A stretch of DNA of 20,000 nucleotides, from positions 89,513,322-89,533,321 of the forward strand of contig NC_057719.1 in assembly GCF_004010195.1 (NCBI RefSeq). Reading direction: 5' to 3'. Origin of the DNA: Chiloscyllium plagiosum (lineage: Eukaryota). Within the stretch, counting starts at the first letter, position 1. Every line of letters starts with the position of its first letter. Under the pieces are notes generated by a model. That model made no database searches. It was not told the origin of the DNA and saw only the letters and a program-made list of their open reading frames with translations. Position numbers and translations under genes: made by a program. Below, piece by piece: positions 11,890 to 20,000 of the stretch.

Positions 11890-12115
11890 CTTTTTTATTT
11901 GATTCATTTGGGGAATTGACCTAATTGCAGTTGAGAAGATAATGGTGAGTCGCTTTCTTAAGTCTTTGTGGTCTATATTTGGTGTCGGAATGCTGTCTCA
12001 TGTTGGAGGTTACCCCACGACTGTGAACGAATAGGGATATGTTTCCAAGTCAGGATGATTAGTGGCTTGGAGGGAAACTTGCTGATGGTTGTGTTCCCAT
12101 GTATCTGTTGCATTA
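11890..12115 (-). mobile_element. RTE-X-like LINE 3' remnant
   Basis: ttccaagtcaggatg, ttgctgatggttgtgttcccatgtatctg, similar to 7590-7660. Confidence 0.6.
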
Positions 12116-12869
12116 GATTTTGGGATTTGTGACCGTAGTTACTTAATTGTTGATCCTTTGCAGAGTACTTTCAGATCTTTTATTAAGTTTGTTATAAGTA
12201 GCAACACTTTGGATTAATTAATTAGATTTTAAAAAGTATACAACCCATGACAATTCAGCATGGTTCACTCATACCTGGGGACAAACGGGCATTTAGCTCA
12301 TTACAACTGTTGAGTCAGCGTTCTGCTCTCCAGCTGAAGTGTTGGGGAATCTTCCCTGAGGCTTCCCTCATTTTCTTCCAGTCCATCTTACATCTGAAGA
12401 AGGCAGTTCCCTGATGAGCAACTGCCCTCTGATTCTGAGAACTTGTTGGCTTTAATGTTCAATGTACTTTTTTTTCAGAGTTGGTACTTGATGCTGTGTC
12501 AAACACCAACTGGAATCCTTTCAGCCAAACACCATGGACGACTGTTCATGATGTCAGAATGATTATTGTTTCCTTATCTGAAGATTAGTTGTCATTTTTC
12601 TAAGACCAATACTTCCTGTTTTTCCAAACGCTGCATTGACAATAGATTATATTTTAGTACAGATAAATCATCAGTTAAATGGAACATTATGACCATGGTG
12701 ATTCTGGCAATTCTTGTGACCTTTCTGGTACTGTCTTAGTTTTCCAGATTTCTAGTAAAAGAAAACAAACAACTGCGCTAAGAAACATTAAATGAGACCT
12801 CATCCTATACAAGAACATACAGTTTTAAAGGAACCCCAGCTTTGAACAGCTGCCAATGTCCTCCTTGAT

Positions 12870-13812
12870 AGTTGTAGCTGTTGGTTTGAATAGTGCAATG
12901 CATTTTGTTAATGGCACACAGTGCTGCTACTGAGCATTGGTGCTGGAGGATGTCTATGTTTTTGGATGTTGTGCCAGTCAAGTGGGTTGTTTTTTCCTGG
13001 ATGGAGTCAAGCTTCTTGAGTGTTGTTGGAACTGTGCTCATGCAGGCAGGTGGGGAGTATTCCATCACACTCTTCACTTGTGCCTTGCTGGTCAGGGACA
13101 CACTGGGGAGTTTTCTACTGCAGGACTGATGAAGGGTCCTGCTCGAAACATCTACTCTCCTGCTCCTCGGATGCTGCCTGTGCCTATTCTAACGACAGAC
13201 CTTATCGACTCTGACTTTCCAGCATCTGCAATCCTCACCATCTCCCAGTACAGTTTCCGGTCAATGATTGCCCCCAGGAACAAGTTAATAAGGGGGACTC
13301 CATGAAAAAGCCATTGAATGTCAAGAGACAAAAGTTAAATTCTGTCTGATGGGAGGTGGTCATTCTTTGGCACTTGTGTGGCATGCATGTTATTGCCACT
13401 TGTCAGCCCAAGCCTGGATATGCTACATCTTGCCATGGACTTGTATTTAGGAAGCCATCAGTGATGCTGAATGTTGTGTAATCATGAGCAAACATACCCA
13501 CTTCTGACCTTAGAATTGTGGGAAATTCATAGATGAAGCAGCTGAAGATAGTTAGACCTCAGACAATGTGCTGAGGAACTCCTGAAGAGATGTCCTCCAA
13601 CAACTACAGCCATCATCCTTATACCAGGTATGACTCCAGCAGAGTGTTTTCTCTTTGATTCCCATTTAGTTCTATGAGGGCTCTGTGATGCCACATCCAA
13701 TCAAATGCTGCCCTGGTGTCAAGGGTGCACACTGTCACCTCACCTCTGGAATTGATGTTTGGACCACTGTAAATTAAGTTAGGAACTGAGTGGATCTGTG
13801 GAATCTAAACCA
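12870..13812 (-). mobile_element. Decayed RTE-X-like LINE RT region
   Basis: Minus strand: LDTRAAFDWMWH, SGVPQHIV*GLTIFSCFI, GMFAHDY, IQAWADKWQ, KAQVKSVMEYSP, LKKLDSIQ. Confidence 0.85.
13126..13245 (+). mobile_element. PLE-terminus insertion (family B, tailed arm) starting exactly at the HHR core
   Basis: CTGATGA(13126-13132)-A-GGGT cct GCTC-GAAA(13145-13148)-CA-TC; ends with the tail ccagcatctgcaatcctcaccatctcc; no TSD. Confidence 0.85.
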
Positions 13813-14210
13813 AGAAACAAAGAACAGATTAATAAGACTGCAAGCAGAAGTAAGCCATTTGTCCCATTGCATCAGGTCTGCTACTTAATTAAATCATAGC
13901 TGATCTGAGAATCCTCAACAGTTTCCTGCCTTATCCCTATAACCTTTTATTCCCTTAGCGATTAAAAAGATCCAGTCACAAATTTCACAGATTTACTATC
14001 TTTTAGAGAAAAAAAATCCACCTTATGTGTCTTAAGTGGGTGACTCCTTATTCTGAGATTATGCCTTTTGGTCTGAGATGAGGGGAACAAAATTGTTCAC
14101 TGTTCCAAATGTAATCTGTCTAATGTCTTGCTAGTTACAGCAAGATTTCCCTACTTCTATACACCATTCCCTTTGAAAAAAGGACAGCCTATTACCTGTT
14201 GTCAGCTAAC
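13813..14210 (-). mobile_element. Old CR1 3' fragment
   Basis: The reverse complement resembles 19080-19300 (ggttatggggagaaagcagg, gatcag-catgat). Confidence 0.7.
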
Positions 14211-14216
14211 ATGTGT

Positions 14217-14530
14217 GGGCGGCACGGTGGCAAAGTGGTTAGCACTGTTGCCTCACAGCGCCAGAGACCCGGGTTCAATTCCCGCCTCAGGAGACTGACT
14301 GTGTGGAGTTTGTACGTTCTCCCCGTGTCTGCGTGGGTTTCCTCCGGGTGCTCCGGTTTCCTCCCACAGTCCAAAGATGTGCAGGTCAGGTGAATTGGCC
14401 ATGCTAAATTGTCCATAGTGTTAGGTATAGGGGTAAATGTAGGGGTATGGGTGGGTTGCGCTTCGGCGGGTCGGTGTGGACTTGTTGGGCCGAAGGGCCT
14501 GTTTCCATACTGTAATCTAATCTAATCTAA
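14217..14530 (+). mobile_element. Full-length, young HE1-type V-SINE (tRNA head, V domain, CR1/HER1 tail)
   Basis: A box tggcaaagtgg (14228-14238), B box ggttcaattcc (14272-14282), V-domain core gtgtctgcgtgggtttcctccgggtgctccggtttcctccc, (AATCT)n tail; CpGs retained. Confidence 0.95.
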
Positions 14531-14789
14531 ACATTTTGTGATTGAGGGAAACAAGAACCATGAATCTTTCTCAAACGAAAACAGAAATTGCTGGAAATGC
14601 TCAGCAGGTTTAACAGCATCTATAGAGAGAAGACTTGTTGGGCCGAAGGGCCTGTTTCCATACTGTAATGTAATCTAATCTAATCTAAACATTTTGTGAT
14701 TGAGGGAAACAAGAACCGTGAATCTTTCTCAAACGAAAACAGAAATTGCTGGAAATGCTCAGCAGGTTTAACAGCATCTATAGAGAGAA
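14479..14789. repeat. Tandem duplication, 153 bp + 158 bp
   Basis: 14479-14631 is repeated at 14632-14789; the copies differ by one extra 5-nt tail unit and one A/G substitution. Confidence 0.95.
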
Positions 14790-14937
14790 AGCAGAGTCAA
14801 GGCCAAGTAACCCTCCTTCAGAACTTATTGTAGCTGGGAAAAGTTGGTATTGATGTCGAAGACAGGGGATAGAGGGGAAACAGGGAGGGGATAGGTGAAG
14901 GTGGAGCCTGGAGAGAGACAGACAGACAGAAGGTAAA

Positions 14938-15137
14938 TTACAGATGCTGTAAATCAGAAACGACAACAGCAATTGCTGGAAAAGCTCAGCAGGTGAGGCA
15001 GCATCTGTGGAGAGAAATCAGTTAACTGGGTTCTAATGAAGGGTCACTCGACCCGAAACGTTACCTCCGATTTCTGTCCACAGATGCTGCCAGACCTTCT
15101 GAGCTTTTCCAGCAATTTATCTTTTTGATTGTGAGAG
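14938..15137. mobile_element. Palindromic PLE-derived element (family C) with central HHR
   Basis: TSD agaaggtaaa (14928-14937 / 15138-15147); inverted arms ~14971-15026 and ~15060-15117; centre CTAATGA(15033-15039)-A-GGGTC actc GACCC-GAAA-CG-TT, with G5 mutated to A. Confidence 0.9.
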
Positions 15138-15203
15138 AGAAGGTAAACTAGGCATACAAAGGAATGATCAGTCGTAAGCCAGAAAATGCGAAAAGCTGAT
15201 AAT

Positions 15204-15256
15204 GGGTTGGGGGGGAGGTGGAGGGGGGAGGCGGGGGAGGAGGAGGAGGAGGAGGA
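15204..15256 (+). repeat. G-rich low-complexity tract ending in (GGA)7
   Basis: Read directly from the sequence. Confidence 0.9.
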
Positions 15257-15873
15257 ATGTATAGGGCAAATGGGTTAGATGTTTTGAAAGCAGCCCAAGA
15301 AATTCCAGGGTTTGGAGCGTAGGTATGGGTAAAGGACAAGGAGCTATCTGTCTTCTATTAGTTAGCTAATCTATTATCCGCACTAATATACTATCCCAAC
15401 ACCTTATGCGCGGGACCTGATATTACAGCCACTGCTTCCCCTTTTATCAATTCTGCTTGTTATCACCTCAAAACATTCTTTGTCAGGTATGTTTTGCTGT
15501 TCATAAAGCCATGTTGACTTTACTTGCCTTTAATGTTTTTCTAAATGGTCTGCAATTGCATTCTTTATAATAAACTGTTAGTAAGTAACTGCCATTCGAT
15601 TGTGTTACAAAGTCAAAAGAATGTATGGTCACTTTTAAGACAGAAAGTGCTTTTCTGAGTTTAAGGTCGAGCAAAAGCTGCCAGTGTACAGAACAGCTAA
15701 GAGACAGGCTGTTCCAAAATAGATACATGTAACAATTGGCTGTTAAATGGAAACCTGAGGTCTTGGTTGCTTTTTTGACGACAATTCGGATCTAACCAAT
15801 TGATTTAAAACAAACACTCAGCCTTTCAAAGCCAGTGGAATTTAAAATCTGATGATGTTGACAGTCTGAAACC

Positions 15874-15963
15874 CTTCCTGAAGAAGGGCATGTGCCCGAA
15901 ACGTCGAATCTTCTGTTCCCTAGATGCTGCCTGACCTGCTGTGCTGTTCCAGCAATAAAGTTT
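15874..15963 (+). mobile_element. Solo tailless PLE arm (family B) carrying an intact HHR core
   Basis: Perfect 12-bp TSD cagtctgaaacc (15862-15873 / 15964-15975). Confidence 0.9.
15875..15908 (+). ncRNA. Minimal type I hammerhead ribozyme motif (intact core, GUC cleavage triplet)
   Basis: ttc-CTGAAGA(15878-15884)-A-GGGC atgt GCCC-GAAA(15898-15901)-CG-TC-gaa. Stem I is ttc/gaa; the palindromic ACGT stands in place of stem III. Confidence 0.8.
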
Positions 15964-16435
15964 CAGTCTGAAACCAATCAAGCCATATTTTTACCCAGAT
16001 AACAGTTTAAATTCAGCTAATTAATTTAAAAAGGCATTTGGAGACTAAGGACCAATTAAATTAAACAGTGGAGGGACTTGTGCCTGGGATCCAGAGGAGA
16101 TAGGGGAGGTCCTTAGTGAATACTTTGCTTCAGTATTCACTAGTAAGAGGGACATTGTCATTTGTGAGGACAGCGTGAAACAGGCTCATAGGCTTGGACA
16201 GGTTGATGTTAGGAAGGAAGATGTGCTGAAAAGTTTGGAAAAATAAGGATACTTACGTCCTTTGGGCCGGATGAGATATACCCAAGGTTACTAGAGGAAG
16301 TGAAGGAAGAGAGTGCTGCGCCTTTGGTGATGATCTTTGCATTTTCACTGTCCACTGGAATAGTGCCAGATGATTGGAGGGTGGCACATGTTCAAGAAAG
16401 GGAATAGAGAAAATCTTGGGAATGTCAGACCTTAT

Positions 16436-16606
16436 AAAGATTAGATTAGATTAAATTACTTAGTGTGAAAACAGGCCCTTCGGCCCAACAAGTCCACACC
16501 GCCCCGCCGAAGCGCAACCCACCCATACCCCCTACATTTACCCTTTACCTAACACTACGGGCAATTTAGCATGGCCAATTCACCTGACCTGCACATCTTT
16601 GGACTG
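16436..16606 (-). mobile_element. 5'-truncated HE1 SINE (left part of the chimeric insertion)
   Basis: Reverse complement of ~14367-14530, with (AGATT)n tail at 16438-16455. Confidence 0.95.
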
Positions 16607-16693
16607 AAGAAGGGCTTATGCCCAAAACGTCGATTCTCCTGTTCCTTGGATGCTGCCTGACCTGCTGCGCTTTTCCAGCAACATATTTTCAGC
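16604..16693 (+). mobile_element. Tailless PLE family B arm with HHR (right part of the chimeric insertion)
   Basis: CTGAAGA(16604-16610)-A-GGGC ttat GCCC-AAAA-CG-TC (G12>A at a CpG); homologous to 15878-15963. Confidence 0.9.
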
Positions 16694-18595
16694 AATGTCA
16701 GACCTTATGTCTTATGTTTGGCAAATTATTAGAGAGGGTTCTGAGAGACAAGATTAATGATTACTTGGAAAACCATAGTTTGATTAGAGCTAGCATGGTT
16801 TTGAAAGAGGCAGGTCATGCCTCATAAGCCTTATTGAATTCTTTTGAGGATGTGACAAAACACGTTGATGAAGGTACAGCATGAAGGTACCCTCATCTCC
16901 ATGGTAGGCTCATTCACCCACCATGATGATCTGCAGAATTGACTAGCTCATAGAAGACAGAGGGTGGTAGGCGATGGAAAGTATTTCGCCTGAAGCTGGG
17001 TGGCAAGTGGTGTTTCACAGGGATCTGTTTTTGATTTTTATAAATAACTTTGGACGACGAAGTGGAAGGATGGGTTAGTAAGTTTGCCGATGACCTGAAA
17101 GTTGATGGAATTGTGGATAGTGTGGAGGGCTGTTGTAAGTTGCAATGGCATATTGACAGGATGCAGAACTGGGCTGATAAGTGGCAGATGGAATTCAACC
17201 TGGATAAGACCTTCATTTTGGAAAGTCGAATTTCAATGCAGAATACAGGGTTAAAGGCAAGATTTCTGGCAGTGTGGAGAAACAGAGGAACAGACCCTCA
17301 AAGTTGCCACCCGAGGTGACAGGGTTGTTAAGCAAGTGTATGGTGTTTTGGGTTTCATTAGCAGGAAGATTAAGAGCTGTGAGGTTATGCTGCAGCTCTA
17401 TAGATCCCTGGTTAGACCACATGGAATACTGTATTCAATTCTTGTTGCCTCATTATAGGAAGGATGTGGAAGCTTCACAGAGGGTGCGGAAGAAATTTAC
17501 CGGGTTGCTGCCTGGACTGGAGAGCATGTCTTATGAAGAAAGCTTGAGGGAGATCAGGTTTTTCTCATTGGAGCAAAGAAGCATGAGAGGTGACTTGATA
17601 GAGGTGTACAAGATGCTGAGAGGCATAGATAGAATGAATAGTCAGAGACTTTTTCCCAGGGCAGAAATGGCTGTCACAAGGGGGCTTCATTTTAAGGTGA
17701 TTGGAGGACGGTTTAGGGAAGATGTCAGAGGTCGGTTCTTTACACAGAGAGTGGTGGATGTGTAGAATGCACTGCCAGCAGTGGTAGTAGAGTCAGATTT
17801 ATTAGGGACATTTAAGCGACACTTGGGTTGGCACATGCGTGAAGGATATGTAGGTTAATTTGATCTTAGAGTAAGAATAAAAGGGCCAAAGGGCTAAACT
17901 GTTCTATGTTCTAAATTAAAATCTGATGATGTTGACAACCTGAAACCAAGTTACAACAAATTGATGTGACCTCGGGGTTATGTAACAGAGGGGCAGTTGG
18001 ACAGAGAGGGGAGAGCCAACTGTCATCTGAAGAGAGAACAAATCTGCCATCTGAGAAAACGATACTGGGCTCTCTTTTTAAAAAAAAAAAGCAGTATCTC
18101 TCTATAAAGGTACACTGCACGTTTAGTAAATATTCTTGACACCAGAAAACAGCTAAGAAGTCATTTCGGACAGAGGAAGACGACACAAGAAGATACAGAA
18201 AGTTCAGGAGGCTCCATTCTGTGAGAACATTGAGAAACTAAATTTAAATTAAATGTTCTTCTTAATTGGATTTATATAAGTGGGACCCGTTCTATTGAAA
18301 CAGCGTACTAACAAAATTTAGTTCAGTTCAGGGGAATAGGTAGTGAGGGATTGTTCAGTTTGTTCGGAATTCTGTTAATTCTGTTGGAGGTAGATAAATA
18401 AATAGTTATTAGTTAATTATAGAGTGAAATGAAAGGATTCCATTTCATTTCACCACTCCTTTACAACAGATTGTGTGGGTGAGAGAGAGGTTATACTCCT
18501 TGTCATACTGCTTTATCAGATTACAAGGTGAAGTGCTTCTCTCCAGGTGTTTCAGCTTTAATTATCAGAGGGATGTTGACCTCCACTTTGTAACA

Positions 18596-19333
18596 TATAG
18601 GGCCTTGGTGAGGCCACACCTAGAACATTGTGTGCAGTTTTGGTCTCCTTTTCTGAGGAAGGATGCTCTTGCTCGCAAGAAAGTGCAGTGAAGGTTTACC
18701 AGGCTGATACTGGGAATGGCAGGGCTAATGTATGAGGAGAGATTGACTAGGTTAGAATTATTTTTGCTAGATGAGTGAGGGGAGATCTTAGAGCGACTTT
18801 TAAAATTCTAACAAGAATAAACAGGATAAATGGAGGGAGGATGTTCCCGATGCTGTGTAATTCCATCAGCTGTCACAGTCTAAGGTTGCAACATTTAAAA
18901 GGCATCTGGATGGGTATATGAATAGGAAGGGTTTGGGCCGGGTGCTGGCAGGTGGGACTAGATTCGGTTGGGATATCTGGTCGACATGGACGGGTTGGAC
19001 CGAATGGTCTGTTTCCATGCTGTACATCTCTATGACTCTCTGACTCTATTTGGGGTGAACCAGTTAAGATTGAGATGAGGGGACATTTTTTCTTCCAAAG
19101 AGTGGTGAGCCTGTGGAATTCATTGCCACAGGAAGTAGTTGATACCAAAACATTGAATGTATTCAAGAGGTGGCTAGATAAAGCAATTGGGGCGAGTGGA
19201 ATCAAAGGTTATGGGGAGAAAGCAGGATTAGGTTAGTGAGTTGGATGATCAGACATGATTGTGATGAATGGTGGAGCAGGCCCAAAGCGTTGAATGGCCT
19301 CCTCCTGCTCTCTTCTTTGTTTCTATGTTTCTA
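18596..19333 (+). mobile_element. CR1 3' fragment containing a nested CR1 3' end at ~18889-19049
   Basis: YRALVRPHLEHCVQFWSP; tail gtttctatgtttcta. The nested piece matches 4011-4166 and ends in gactct repeats. Confidence 0.9.
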
Positions 19334-19733
19334 GCTTTTGCCCAGACTACCACTGTGCTGACTTCACCCTAGCAATCCCCAGGTGTCTCCAAGTCACCTT
19401 TCAGGAATGTGGGGGAATAAAAGCCTGCCTTCATGTATCAGTGAAATGCTGTCTTTGATGAAAATATGTCTATGCATGACTAATTAGACTTTTGGTTTTG
19501 CTGTTGTCTAACAATACTATCAAAGGTGGTACACTTGACATCTCTCATCTGTTACTGGCATATTTGCTTGAGCTCTTTCTGATGTCCTGTCTCCTCAAGC
19601 AAATGAACAAATGTATTATGCTGTTCATCTAAGTTCAGTAGCTTCTTTCTTTTGGGTTCTGTCCTGTGTCTGGGAAGCTCAGTTAATTCTTCTATAGGTT
19701 ATACCTTGATCAGCAACTGTTGTCTCCTTCCAA

Positions 19734-20000
19734 ACTTGGATGAGGGGATTGAAGGATGGGTCAGCAAGTTTGCAGACAACACAAAGGTTGGAGGTGTTAC
19801 TGACAGTATAGAGGGCTGTCAGCGGGACATTGACAGGATGCAGAGATGGGCTGAGAGGTGGCAGATGGAGTTCAACCTGGATAAATGCGATAAATGCGAT
19901 TTTGGAAGGTCGAATTTGAAAGCTGAGTACATGATTAAGGATAGGATTCTTGGCAGTGTGGAGGAACAGAGGGATCTTTGTGTGCAGGTACATAGATCCC
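19734..20000 (+). mobile_element. CR1 RT fragment running off the right edge
   Basis: LDEGIEGWVSKFADNTKVGGV, WAERWQMEFNLDKC. Confidence 0.9.

Larger units (their letters stand above)
14572..15340 (-). mobile_element. Older PLE 3' region (family C terminus plus purine-rich internal sequence) hosting a nested palindrome
   Basis: aattgctggaaatgctcagcagg arm; minus-strand decayed HHR agttCTGAAGGAgggtta at ~14806-14825. The right boundary is uncertain. Confidence 0.6.
16066..17911 (+). mobile_element. 5'-truncated CR1, same subfamily as 8533-11403
   Basis: Aligns from ~9695 onward; WVSKFADDLK, WADKWQMEFN, MEYCIQF, GRFFTQRVV; gttctat tail; candidate TSD taaattaaa (16057-16065 / 17912-17920). Confidence 0.95.
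15603..18595 (+). mobile_element. Probable solo LTR (~1.04 kb after removing inserts) with nested CR1, SINE and PLE
   Basis: Perfect 11-bp inverted termini TGTTACAAAGT (15603-15613) / ACTTTGTAACA (18585-18595); internal direct repeat ttaaaatctgatgatgttgaca on both sides of the CR1; TATATAA at ~18273 and AATAAA at ~18397. No TSD seen. Confidence 0.6.

Noticed and set aside
12466..12590. Possible exon after a ttttttttcag acceptor
   Set aside because: The peptide (ELVLDAVSNTNWNPF...) is unrecognised, there is no strong donor, and the frame stops.
14217..14290. tRNA gene
   Set aside because: The A/B boxes belong to the tRNA-derived SINE head, which continues into the V domain.
15148..15339. Poly-proline ORF
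   Set aside because: Artefact of the G-rich (GGA)n tract.
15849..15863. CTGATGATG (also at ~17923) as an HHR core or snoRNA box
   Set aside because: No stem II followed by GAAA; it is an internal repeat of the putative LTR.
69..19993. Listed ORFs as functional genes
   Set aside because: They are frameshifted LINE ORF2 pieces, antisense frames of repeats, or short unrecognisable frames.

Overview
Repeat-dense eukaryotic DNA, almost certainly from a cartilaginous fish (shark), inferred from HE1-type V-SINEs and their partner CR1/HER1 LINE tails. I find no supportable host gene exon: the listed ORFs are broken LINE ORF2 fragments or antisense/spurious frames. The window holds about ten decayed CR1-clade copies, L2 and RTE-X-like LINE remnants, three HE1 SINEs and two probable solo LTRs with nested insertions. 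The most interesting component is eight short (31-258 bp) insertions related to Penelope-like element (PLE) termini, from three sequence families, most with clear target-site duplications (TSDs). Seven carry minimal type I hammerhead ribozyme (HHR) cores (CTGANGA-A-stem II-GAAA-NN-TH), intact or decayed. They appear to be built from two modules: a 'tailed' arm, and a 'tailless' arm that begins at the HHR core. These occur as palindromes, as solo arms, as a tail-only insertion inside an 89-bp duplication, and as an HE1 SINE/HHR-arm chimera within a single 15-bp TSD. Family names come from motif recognition, not from database searches.
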